64,000 bases of DNA from Fimicolochytrium jonesii (taxonomy: Eukaryota), in contig NW_026515704.1 in assembly GCF_025526975.1 (NCBI RefSeq), positions 62,001 through 126,000 on the forward strand, read 5' to 3'. The translations under genes were made by a program, and so were the position numbers. The notes beneath the pieces were generated by a model. That model saw only the letters and a program-made list of their open reading frames with translations, was not told the origin of the DNA and ran no database searches. This document shows, one piece after another, positions 35,779 to 47,474 of the stretch (positions are counted from its first letter, which is position 1; the number at the start of each line of letters is the position of its first letter).

Positions 35779-37080
35779 CTACGTGCACATATACACATCG
35801 TCGCAGGGCAACTGTATGTCTGATAACATCGAAGAGCCCCTCCTAAGCATCGTGCAGTCATGGTGAATATTTAGGGTACCGTTGGCTTGTTTCAGGTGCG
35901 GAGAAACGGGATCTGTTGCTTTGAATCGACTTGCACAGCGTAGTGTATGACTGCATGGTTGACTGGCACCTTCCAAAGAATGCAAGGATATGGAATTCCT
36001 ATGCGTGGAGTACGTGACATCGTATGCACATAACTTGATATTGACATTCAAAATCGCTGTTTCCAGAGAAGCGACATACTCGTCAAGATCCAGTATAACG
36101 CTCGCATACGCCAGCGCAGATAATTCCGACATTGCTTGCCAAACGCTCATAAGCTCTTCTGCGACGAGTCCATGGAGGAGAAACGGCGCGATTTGGAAAA
36201 AGACTTTGAGATCTCGGCCAATGAGGCTCCCGACGTACTTCACAATCTCATTTCCCCGCAGAGACATCACGAATCCAGCATAGGAAGCGTTATCGATCCG
36301 GACCACCAAAGTGCCTTTTTGCTCATCATTCAGCGTTGGGATTGTACCCCTCATAAGCCATTTTAGCGTTCCCAGAAGGGTGGTATGCAACACCTCGACC
36401 GGAGTATCCATATGAGCGTTGAACGCATCAAGTTGAAAGAGTGGATTCATCATTCGTTGGTATCCCCCCAAAGAGGCACAGAAATCGTTCAAATCTTTAC
36501 TGGTGCGTCCTTCCATAGATGCAAAAGCCCGGATCCGCTCAATGAACGGCGCCGCGAAGGTACTTTTTCCCCTAACAGAGTTTGAGATTTCGCTAAATCC
36601 GCCTTTGCAGTTACACCACACCGTCGTAGCTGGCCTTCTAATTCCTGCCGCGTCACCTGCCAGTGTCGAAGATTTCCAATTTGCAGGTAGTCATGCAACT
36701 GATCAACTATCTCAATCTTTCCCGTCACATCACAGACCCTGCAAAACCTTACCCACGCTTGACGTCGATCATCGAACACAGCTCGTTCGCCATTGGATTA
36801 TCAGCTTCCATACAGAAAACAACCCCGCCGGCAAGCACCGGCTCCATCATTGTTGCATCAAAAGCATCTATGCCTTGCTCAACGCCGCTGACTATGTCGT
36901 TCACAATGGCGCCTCCCGTTTCCAATGGCGCCGTCCGGTTACTGGTGACGAGAAAGTGGACGTTGTAGTCTCGGGATCCCTGTTTGAAAGGTAAGCCCGC
37001 TAGCTGACAGCACCAATTGAAATGACAGTTCCACTTCTTGGATCGGTTCCCCGATGCGTCGTCACAGTTTAGGATGTTTG
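35779..37080 (-). mobile_element. Decayed fungal DNA-transposon transposase (Plavaka/CMC-EnSpm-like)
   Basis: Manual translation: CDDASGNRSKKWNCH, LAGLP...YNVHFLVTSN, ADNPM, stop/frameshift, FCRVC, then HMDTPVEVLHTTLLG and LIGRDLK; motifs recalled as typical of this fungal transposase group. Superfamily call needs an HMM check. Confidence 0.75.
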
Positions 37081-37610
37081 GTTTGCTACATCAGATCCCG
37101 CTGATATCAGCCCAACGACCGAGCCCTCAGTAATACCGCTCGGTCTAGCGACGCTATACATCCAGTCTCGGGGTCCCATGACGCCATCGCTTCAGTCCCC
37201 AGTGGATTCAAGAGGGTTGATAGGCGAAGTGTTGAATTTCCAACCCATCGCCGTGCGATGACGCAGTCCTCTGAGTCGATTCACGTTGCGTCACCAAACT
37301 GAGCGCCCCTGACTAAATGAAGGAGCGACTGCCTATCCTCCTTGCCCGTCCACTTTGGAGAACGTGCGCTGTGTTGCTTGTCGTGGTCGTAGGTGGAAAA
37401 AGGTCTCCGGCTGTTTGGAAGGAAGAAGTTTGTCATCGCGTCGCTCGCTGCAACTTCCAACTTCCCCAAAGAAGCTGCAAGATCTAGACAGCCACACAGG
37501 CATCTTCCCACTACAGCACATACATTTACGTGCTATCGCACTACTGTCTCATACCCATATACCAGTCAAGCAACCTCCCTCCTCTTTCCTGCTCGCATTA
37601 TCTCCCTAAA

Positions 37611-40600
37611 ATGTTCACTTTCGAAGGCGACTTCAAGTCTCGTCGCAATATCAACCTGGGCGGGCGAAAGAAGGACCTGGAGGATAAGAAGGAACTACTC
37701 AGGAGGGCTCAGGCGGAGAGGAAGGAGAGGGAAAGGGAGAGGGCAAAGGAAAGGGCCGCGATTGATGTTCAGGTAAAATTCGAGGAGGGGGGCACTAGCG
37801 GGAGCGAACGAACGTGGTGTCTGTGGCCAGCGGAGGAAGGTTTGGGGCGGCGAGCGGCGCGAGGAGAGAGCGGGCGATAGCGAGCCCAACTGGTCCGTGT
37901 TCCCCACGAAGCGAGGCGCAGGAATGCTTGAGGGCTCCGAGCGAAGCGAGGCCGAGCCCTATTGGGCCGTAGACCCAGGAATGTTTGAGCCTGCTTTTCG
38001 GATCACACACCAGCCCAACACCGCTGTAGCGAGCGGAGCGAGCAGGATATTCTCCAACCATCGTGCCAACCATCGCATCGCTTCAGTCCACCAATCTCTC
38101 TTATCATTTTACAGGCCTTCTGGCGCGGCCGAAAACACATGAAGCGGTTCTACGCGTCAATCCGGGAGCAATGGGACACCGAGATCAAGTCTGCAGCAGC
38201 ATCAACATCGAACGCAATACCACCAGCGAAGGTTTCCTCGCTTGTTCGCCGCTTTCTGTTCTTCTATAGCCCTTTGATGATGGATAGGGTGCGGTTGGTG
38301 GAGTTGCTTTGTCCGTTGTTGTTGAGAGGAGGATCAGGGACATCACTGCGGAATGTGATTGCGCCGTTTCCGAGTATGGATGCGAAAGAGTGGCAGTACA
38401 TACTGGTGAAACTCTGCCGGGTGTGTCTTGCCAACCTCTTCTTCAACGACGGGTGGGTGAACGTACTGTCCTTCTCAGTCTTCGGCTACTTACCATGACT
38501 TCCAACACCGCAGAGTAAGCACAACGGACTCAAAGCAACCAAGCAACATCATACTGCTTCTGGAAGCGATCCTGAACCGAGACGCATCTGCGGCGGTTGC
38601 GACATACACCCCCGGCTGGGACTATGTACAGGAGCTGTTCTTTGTGATAGGAGATGACATGTTTGCCAAGATAAGAGCGTACATCAGCAGCCATGTGAGT
38701 TGAGTAGGGCGGCGTGTTACGGGCGTAGTGTGTCCCTGCCATCCATTCCAAAAGCTAAAGCAAATCCCCGGCTCGCGACTCCCACCAGACAATCGACCAG
38801 CGCGATCTCCCCAGCACATCCCACCTAATGGCCCTCACAACCCTGCCCCTAACCCTCCTCGAATCTCTCCCTACTCCGTCCCCCCGCCGCGACCACATCA
38901 TCGCCCTCGTCATCACTCACATCCTCACCATCGAGTACCTGCCCAACCGCATCAGCATCGACGCCCTGCAGGCCTTCTCGCAGAAATTGCGGTTTAGCGC
39001 GATTGTGGACACGTTGAATAATGGGGGAGAGGTGTATGAGCGGGTCGAGAGGGAGAGGGCGACGGGTGAGGGGGATATGTTTGCGGCGTTGTTGGGGAAT
39101 GTGTTGGCGTTTGGACAGCAGGCGGTGGGGAAGATGGGTGACGAGGCATTGGTAAGAGTTCTCGTTGGGCGTTCTCTGTCACCTCAACATCAAGTGATTC
39201 ACACATCCGATCTCAAAACCTTCAGTCAACGTACATATCCGTGCTCAGCAACCTCCTCGAGCGCCTTCCATCAAACTACCTCAACGCCCTCAACCCATCT
39301 ACCACCAACAACGCAGCCGCGCACATCCCCGACGATGACGACGACATGGATATCGACCCGGCACCCTCATCGTCAAGCAAGTCACCCTCCACGGCAACGA
39401 TTCACCCGCAACTGCGCAAATGGTTGTTGCTGCTCACCAAGCCGGCTCTGTTGGACGCGATCGTTAAGGCGTTACCGGATTCCACGTCCTCCTTGCCATC
39501 AAATCCGGGGTCGGTGGCGATATCAGAGACCGTTGCGACCTTCTTATTGTCGCTGGTGACGGCGTGGACGGCGGCCAAGACGGAGATCGCCACCATCTTG
39601 CTGTACCGCCTCGAATCCGGTAACGCGTTCCTGCGCAGGCTATGGACGTGTGTGGTCAACGGCCCGTTGTGGGCGGCTCTCAAGCGGAACGGGAGGAACG
39701 CGGTGGGGGTACTCGCTGACGAAAAGTATGCGGGCCAATGGGCGATCCTGATCCTGTTTTGCGAGTTCTTTGTCCGCGTGTTCACGACACTCGGCGATGA
39801 CGAGCTGGTGGGCGCCAAACCACCTGTTGCGGTGGACGTGCTGATTGAGCTCTCCGGCGTGTTGAAGAACGTCGTGTTTGATATGTACTGGAACGATTCT
39901 GCGCCCGGATTCCAAAGGGGAGGTTCGGCCCGGTTCCTTCAGCCGGAGTTTGCAGTCGAGCTTTTCACCCGAGTGTTACGGCAGATCCACGCGCGCGACT
40001 CCCGACGTTCTTTCTGCCCAAAAGACCACTGGCTGCTCGCCTCCCTCCCCGTCGACGAATCCACGTTCCTCGACCTCGCGCTTCAACACGACCACAAATC
40101 TGAACCCCACGACGCAAGCGATAACCACCACCTCACCAGCCCGACATCCCGTCAACCCGCCATCTCCCCGCTTTTCCCCACCCCATCCGCAACCCTCAAA
40201 CAAAGTAAAGTCATACAGTGTAGGAATGTTTTAACCCACATCCCTTTCGTGATCCCCTTCGCCATCCGCGTCAACATCTTCCGTACCTGGATCGCCGACG
40301 ACCGCAAATCCCAGCGGCTCGACGAAAACTGGATGCGCCCCGCGGCACGCGCCACCATCCGCCGCGGTAGCGTCTTCGAGGACGGGTACACGCACCTCAA
40401 CGCTCTCGGGTCACAGCTCAAACGGCGCGTCGCAATCACGTTTGTGAGCGAGCAGGGGCTGGTCGAAGCCGGGATAGACGGCGGCGGCGTGTTCAAGGAA
40501 TTCCTCACCTCCCTCTCGGCGCAAGCCTTCGACATCAACTACGGCCTGTTCCAAGCTACACCGGATAACCTGCTATACCCGTCCCCACACTCATACGCCG

Positions 40601-41673
40601 CGCAAGAGACACAATTACACCATCTCGAGTTCCTGGGCCGGATCATGGGAAAGGCATTGTACGAAGGCGTCCTCGTAAACGCGGCATTCGCAAACTTCTT
40701 CCTCGCCAAATGGCTCGGCCAGCGCAGCTACGTCGACGATCTACCTTCCCTGGACCCGGAGATGTATGCCGGCCTCATGTTCCTCAAACACTACACGGGG
40801 GATGTGGAACGCGATCTTGGGCTGACTTTCTCATTGGATAAGGATGAGTTTGGGAACATGCGCACGGTGAACTTGATACCCGATGGGAGCAACGTCGCTG
40901 TGACGAGGGAGAATCGGATCCAGTATATTTATCTGGTCGCGAACTATAAGCTGAATGTGCAGATCCAGAGGCAGTGTGCCGCCTTCTTTAGTGGGTTGAC
41001 GGATCTGATCCATCCGGGATGGTTGAGGGTTTTCAATCAGGTAAAGGCTGTTCCTCCTCTCTCCTTCCCCTTCCTTTCTCATCCTCCGCTCTTCTGATTG
41101 TTCAACTCACACCCCCCGCCCAACAGCAAGAACTCCAATCCCTCCTCGGCGGCACCACGCACCCGATCTCGATCCCGGACTTGCAGGCCCACACCACCTA
41201 CGCCGGCGGCTACACCGCGCAACACCGCACCATCGAACTCTTCTGGTCCGTCGTCTCCAACGAGTTCAGCGAGGAGGAGAAACGCGGCCTCGTCAAGTTC
41301 GTCACGAGCTGCGAACGCCCGCCGTTGATGGGGTTTGGGGAACTCAGGCCCGGGTTCTGTGTGCGCTGCGCGGGGGAGGATGTCGGGCGGTTGCGTGAGT
41401 CATCTTTGATTTGGAAGGACGGGGATGCATGTGATTCGGGGAACTGAATGGCCTTTTTTTTTGGGGGATCAGCGACGGCGTCGACGTGTGTGAATCTGCT
41501 CAAACTCCCGCCGTACACGGATATCGAGACGATGCGCACGTAAGTGCCACCCGCCACGTTGCTGGTTCCCCCCACCCGCCATACGTTTACTGACGTTTTT
41601 GCGCATCTGGATATTCTGTTTTAGGAAACTGCGGTACGCCATTAACGCCGGGGCTGGGTTTGAGTTATCGTGA
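37611..41673 (+). CDS. HUL5: HECT E3 ubiquitin ligase, UBE3C/HUL5 type, multi-exon
   Basis: N-terminal FEGDFKSRRNINLGG, IQ motif (VQAFWRG across intron 37773..38114), EAGIDGGGVFKEF, FVTSCERPPLMGF, catalytic ASTCVNLLKLP, C-terminal GAGFELS. Confidence 0.93.
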
Positions 41674-42113
41674 GGAGTCGAACGCGACAAAACATGGCGT
41701 GGGGGATTTCGGTCTCTGTTCGATTATATCTTTTTTTTGGTGTACGTGGGAAAAGAGTGATGTAGTTAGGGAGGCAATTGGTAGCATATATGTGACTGTG
41801 GATTTGTCTTTCGTTTTTTGAGGATGGATGCGGGCGGATGGGAATGTTTTGATACGCTCGCTTTGCAGAGAATATGGTCGACGTTAGATACCCATCGTTT
41901 TCGCATTGGGCGCACGTCTGGCCATCAAATGGTTATTCACTGCACATATATGCTGTGCTTATGGTACATTCCTTGATGATGCAAATGAAAATCACACCAT
42001 TGGCTCCCATGGCGTGACAACCCGTGGATATCCATCCCCAACAAACCCGACATCGCATATATCCGTCATCCACCATCCCATCCACTATCCCATCCCCACC
42101 GCATCAGACCTCC

Positions 42114-45045
42114 TCAAACCCACCCCCCGACATCAACGCCCAAAAGCAGATTATCAATGATCCTCGTGTTCCCAATCTTGACCGCGCCAGAGAGGATCGC
42201 ACTCGATGATGTCACCTCCTCTTTCGTGGCCTCCACTTTCCTTGCTGTACCCTCAGCGGACTTCGTTTTCGATTTGCTGCTGGTTCCGTTTTGTTGGGCG
42301 GTGGCGGTGGTGTCCGTGACGGATGCAGGTGCAGGTGTAACGACCGGATGTTGCCCATCCGTCCCCGCCTCCGCCTTCGCCGCTGGCGAAGAAGACTCGG
42401 ACGCAGCAGCAGCAGCCGGCTCAATCCAGTCAACCTCTCTCAACGAGTACGGATCCGCCAGACTCAAATACTCCAACACCACTTTCGGCGCCCCCTTCTC
42501 TTTCTCCGCCAGGGCGTCCTCAATCACCTTTTTCGCAGCGCCGATAACTTCCTCCCTGCTCACTCCCCGCTCGCGTTGTGTCTCATACACACCCTGCGCA
42601 GCCAGGAGAGCTTTATACAGCAGGGGTGCTTTTGCCCGTTCCGCGGTGGATAGGTACCTATTCCGCGAGCTCATCGCCAACCCATCACTTTCCCTGACAG
42701 TGGGGACCACGACGATTTTCAACGGGACGAGAAGGTCACGGACCATAGTCTTAACCACAGCGCACTGTTGGGCGTCCTTTTGTCCAAAGTACGCGTGGGT
42801 GGGTTGGACGGCGTTGAACAGTTTGGTAACGACCGTCGCGACGCCGCGGAAGAAATGAGGCCGGATGGCGCCTTCCATTTGGTGGGAGAGGCCGAGGACT
42901 GTTACGAATGTTCCTTGTTGTTGCGTGACGTCGAGCGTGATACCCGCGGGGTACATTTCGTCCACGGTGGGTGCAAAGACGACGTCGGTGGTGGCTGCTT
43001 CGCCGAGGAGTTCGAGATCGGTGGGGAGGGTGCGGGGGTATTTGGCGAGGTCTTCGGTGGGTGCGAATTGGGCCGGGTTGACGAAGATGGAGGTGACGAC
43101 GACGTCGCATTCGGAGGCGGCGCGGTGGGTGAGGTTGATGTGGCCGGAGTGGAGGGCGCCCATTGTTGGAACGAAACCGACGGTGAGGCCCTGGCGCGCC
43201 CATTGGGTGCGGAGGGTGCGGTATTCTGCAAGGGTGTGGATGACGAGTGGGTTTTGTCGGGCTGTTCCGTGTGTGACGGAATCGGTTGACAATCCTTCGG
43301 TGGTGGGGTCGGAGCTGGGGGTGGAATCCCGGCCGGCGACGGAGGCGAATGAGCGGGTTTGCGGACGGTTCGGGTTGTTCAAAGACGGCTTGATGGAAGT
43401 GCTTGTGCGCGGAGTATTTCCTACTCCCGCGATGCCGCTCGGTGGTAACGCCGGGTTTGTACCGTCCACCAGATTGACGTGCTCTGTAGAGTGGGTTGGT
43501 TTTGGGGGTGCGGCCGCAATCGTCGACGTTGCGCTAGGCTCCTCTTCCCTTGGAATCAAGTGCCCCAGCATCGGTTTACGTAGATAGGTATGAAGAACCT
43601 CCTCCGCGGGTGTCAAATGGACCCCCAAAGCTTCCAGCGTCTCGGCGCCCTCGCCAACCACGTTATCAAACTTGAGCAGCCTGACCTGGTCTCGAGTCAG
43701 CGTGAAGAGGTTCAGGGGCAGTTTCTCAAACACCATCCCCTGGACATTGCCCACGAACCAGGGCACAGAAACGACGGGTCGCCACATGTTGGCCTGCTGC
43801 AGCATGAGTTTCATCATGTCGGCGTATGTGTACACGTTGGGCCCCCCTGCTTCGATTGTTTTGCCGATGGGTTTGGGGGAGAGGACTGATGCCGCGATCC
43901 CTTTGGCTAGGTCTTCCACGTAGACAGGTTGGAATCGTGTCTCTCCTCCTCCAAAGACTGGTACCACCGGTAGGATCGTCGCCAGCTTTGCGAATCTCTG
44001 TAAACAAAAGGATTCAATCAGCAGCGTTTTCTAATGACATACGTTCGATGATTGGTTGGTTGGAAAACTAAAGGATGCCCTGCTCACTCCCCGCGCGACG
44101 AGGACATTGGACAGGATGGGCTATGGGCCAGTGTGGTGCTCGCTTCGCTCGCTGGGCACGCTAAGAGCCGTGATTAGGGGCATTGCGCCTTTGGCGCATG
44201 GAACTCGCTCCGCTCTCGTTCCCTCTGGTAGACTTCACGGTCTCCCAGACCGAACCAATCCTGCACCTCGCATCGCTCCTTGCAGACAACCACCCTCGCT
44301 CGCTTCACTCGCGTCTGCAACCTGCAATCCCTTTGCCCGCCGCAGCCAACTACCATCGCTCGGTCCGCTCGCGGCTCGCTGACAATCGGACTCACATTGA
44401 AGAAATCATCGTCGGGCCCAAAAACAATACTGGGCCGAATAATCGTCACCTCATCCCTCAACACACTCCTCACCGCATCCTCGCCCCTCCCTTTGCTCCT
44501 CGCATACGGAATGTCACTCTCCGGATCCGCTCCAATCGCGCTCACATGCACCAACCTCGCCCCAACCTCCTTGGCCACCTTCGCCACACTCCTAGGCCCA
44601 TGTTCATGAACACTGTCGAAGGTGTATTTCGGGTGTTGCTCGTGCATGATCCCAACGAGGTTGACGATCCCCGTGGCGTCGGCGCAGGCTTTGGCGAGGG
44701 AGGCTGGGTCGGTGATGTCGGCGTGGCAGGGGGGGAGGACGCGGGAGAGGAGGGAGGGTGGGGATGTGGGGGGGAGGAAGGAGGCTAGGTCGGATTGTTT
44801 GGTGGTTAGGAGGGGTGGGGATTTGGGGTTTATGCGACGGGAGGCGAGCTGGACGCGGACGGTGGGTGAGGCAGAGAGGATGGCGCGTGCGACTGATCTT
44901 CCGATGAAGCTGTGGAAGAAAGGGGACGAATGAGGATGTGCATGGGTACAGTTGCAATAGGCTTGAACTGCGGGACGTACCCCTGGCCGCCAAGGATGAC
45001 GACCTTGCCGCCCCCGACCGCAGCCGCGGCGTGAGCTTGGGACAT
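42114..45045 (-). CDS. Fusion protein (820 aa): NDUFA9-family SDR + linker + pantoate-beta-alanine ligase (PanC/PAN6); exons 45045..44981, 44909..44396, 43997..42114
   Basis: SDR: GGQGFIG, VNLVGI, HVSAIG, YARSK, IRPSIVFG, QPVYVEDLA. PanC: GFVPTMGALHSGH, SIFVNPAQF, RPHFFRGV, FGQKDAQQ, GLAMSSRN, RIIDN. The SDR C-terminal part and the whole PanC lie in one uninterrupted ORF. Confidence 0.88.
44075..44395 (-). repeat. Intron-resident dispersed repeat, homologous to 63379..63628
   Basis: Shared blocks in the same order: gcgacgagga, tggacagga, cgctaagagc.gtg.t.agggg.attgcgcc.ttggcgca.ggaactcgctccgctc, gtctcccagacc, cctgcacctcg, tcgctc.ttgcag, gcggctcgc. Confidence 0.9.
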
Positions 45046-45815
45046 TTGATCTATGGTTGCGAAGGTGGACGAACTGAAGCGGGCGTCAGCCAGAGAGAGA
45101 TGCAGCAAAGGGTAGGTGTAACGAGTACAGTATGCTATGGACCACGGGAGGCCGCTGCCAGGGGAGTGTTTGTTTGCGAATGCTGTCCCACTGGGGTTGT
45201 TGGCCGTGGTGATCTTCCGCGGGCGTGGGAAAGTGGAAAGCTTTGGTCTGGGAGCAGGTCTCGATCGGGAGGATCCCCTCAGCCCTGTGTCAACCCTAAC
45301 ACGGACAGTTGTTGCTCATGCACATGCGCAACGCATCTACTATACAGTATCTCATCAACTCCAACAGGCGGCATGATGAGAGGGGCATGGGCGCCTATAG
45401 ACCGTTCGTACCAAATAACGCCGATGCTTCCTTCATTTAGCACAAGCTCACTTGCATACGTTAGGAGGAATAGGAAGTTGGCATCGAAAGATTGGAAGGT
45501 ATGGGGTCTGATGAACGATTTGCATGGAACGAACAGATGCTGCCAACATAGCCTCAACATTCGGATTCTGATGACCCCGGCCATCCGTCTCGATGTGGAT
45601 ATGTGGATTCAAAGGATCGAAACGTGCGCCGTGCATGCAGGCCGTACAATCAGCAGGAGGACGGGAAGATGCCCGAGAAAGGCAGGGGGTGACTGACAGC
45701 AACCGACAGCAACATCCAGCGTGACTCAATCGCGCGCGTTGCGCTTCGAAAAACGTCGGTTGCTTCTCAATCACCACTCCCGTCGTCACTTGATTCCCTG
45801 TCCCAAGTTGCAGAC

Positions 45816-46515
45816 ATGGTACGTACCTGAACCACCCTTCCTAAAGAGACAGTTGTTACTTCGTCGGTTGGGTGGGACACAGAGCGGCTTGAGGTTCACT
45901 CGTCGACATGGTCACCTTTGTCGCGGAGAGTTCATGTTGGAGGACGAAGGAACAGGAAGGCCTGCTAGCTGAGAACAGATAGAGCTCCGAGGGACCCGGA
46001 GATAAGGGCGGTGGCAGCAGGCTATCCTCCTGTCTATCGATTTTGGGAGGATGAGAAGGGTCCTGGGTGACGACAAGTGATCTGGTCCGACTACCACTCC
46101 CTGACATCGGAGTCCTGACCATCGTTTCCTCCTTCCGTCAGTCCGCCGCCTACAAACAAGCCAGCAAGATAATCCCCCTCTTTGACCGGGTACTCATCCA
46201 GCGGATCAAGGCTCCCGAGGTAAGCCTCAACTTCCCTTGCCCTGTCACCCCACACTCCCACTAACCCCCTCCACCCCCCAGCGCACCGCCTCAGGCCTCT
46301 TCATCCCCGAACAGGCCCGCTCAACCCTCAACGAAGGCGTAGTCGTCGCCGTCGGCCCCGGCGCGCCATCAAAGGACGGTAGCAGCCTGCGCGCGATGAG
46401 CGTCAAGCAAGGGGAGCGGGTGCTGTTGCCGCCGTACGGGGGGAACACGGTTAAGATTGCGGAGCAGGAGTTCTTTTTGTACAAGGAGGACGAGATTTTG
46501 GGCAAGTTGGAGTAG
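45816..46515 (+). CDS. HSP10: Mitochondrial co-chaperonin HSP10; exons 45816..45818 (ATG only), 46142..46219, 46282..46515
   Basis: PLFDRVLIQR, TASGLFIPE, GVVVAVGPG, VLLPPYGG, EILGKL; ATG|GTACGT first exon gives MSAAYKQ in frame. Confidence 0.93.
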
Positions 46516-47092
46516 ATGTGAGGGATGTGGGGGATGTGGGATGGAGGCATGGAAAGGATATAGCGGTACGCAGATTAACGTAGGGCAAGGGATAGGCAGT
46601 CCGCCTGTAGGATCAGAGATGAGAGATGTGCTGCGTGTGCTTCCAAATAGCAGGCACTCTTCGCCGGTCATTCCGCTAGACACAGCGCTCATTGCTGGCA
46701 TAAGATCGGACGACTCGGATGGTCATACATAAACCATTTTGAACCCGGCTTCCCTTCGATGTTGCAATAGCACTAGGATCACGTGAGACGCGTGACTACG
46801 AGGCTTTTATTATCGCACGTCGCTCCATTTTCGGCGCTGCTTTTCTTCCCAGCTCTAAGTCGTTTACTCCACCACCCATCTCAGCGAAGAACCTACAGCG
46901 ACACTTCTTCAGCTTCTCAGGCCCGTGCGTCCATCAAACCAAATCAGAACTGAGGAAGTCACTCTAGGTTCATCGCCGTCGACATCCACCGTCCGACACC
47001 CCGCCCACCGCGAAGCAGCGGGGGTTCAAATCCTCTCGGTAAGTCTCTCCCTTCCTCCCGAAAGTCCATGGAAAAACAACATCCGTGACAGC

Positions 47093-47175
47093 GGCGCAAG
47101 ATGACTGCTTTGCCGCCCCAGGCGGAACCCATAGTGTCGAGAGCATAAGCGTTATTTCTGACTTGTCTGATGCCT
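47093..47175 (+). ncRNA. Box C/D snoRNA, snR67/U31-like (LSU rRNA 2'-O-methylation guide)
   Basis: Box C AAGATGA 47098, guide TGCCGCCCCAG 47111-47121 complementary to conserved LSU CUGGGGCGGCA, D' CGGA, box D CTGA 47167, flanking stem CCGTGACA/TGTCACGG. Confidence 0.8.
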
Positions 47176-47378
47176 TGTCACGGAGAGATGGTTTTTCTCT
47201 TTTCACACCGACTTGGAACCACTACGTTGAGGATGTGTCACTTACCCTTACGTACCCTTCTCCAGCCTTCACGTTTCTTTAGGTTACGGTCTCAAAACTC
47301 TCGGAAAGCGAACGAAGTCTCATCAAGCAGGTAAGCCTTCCCACCACCCACTCCCACGGCCCGGTAGAACAGCAAACC

Positions 47379-47474
47379 GATCTAGGATGAGACCCTTCAT
47401 GCACCACGCTTAGGACATCCCCGGATGTCGAGGCTGAGAAAACTGAAAACATACCATAGAAACTTTCTGAGATT
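47379..47474 (+). ncRNA. Box C/D snoRNA, snR40/U32-like (SSU rRNA 2'-O-methylation guide)
   Basis: Box C AGGATGA 47384, guide CATGCACCAC 47398-47407 complementary to conserved SSU GUGGUGCAUG, D' CTTA, internal hairpin GACATCC/GGATGTC, C' AGGCTGA, box D CTGA 47467, outer 12-bp stem 47363-47374/47477-47488. Confidence 0.78.

Noticed and set aside
46048..46104. Possible third box C/D snoRNA in the HSP10 first intron (AGGATGA...CTGA)
   Set aside because: No terminal stem, no recognisable rRNA complementarity, and CTGAC can be explained as a branch-point-like sequence.
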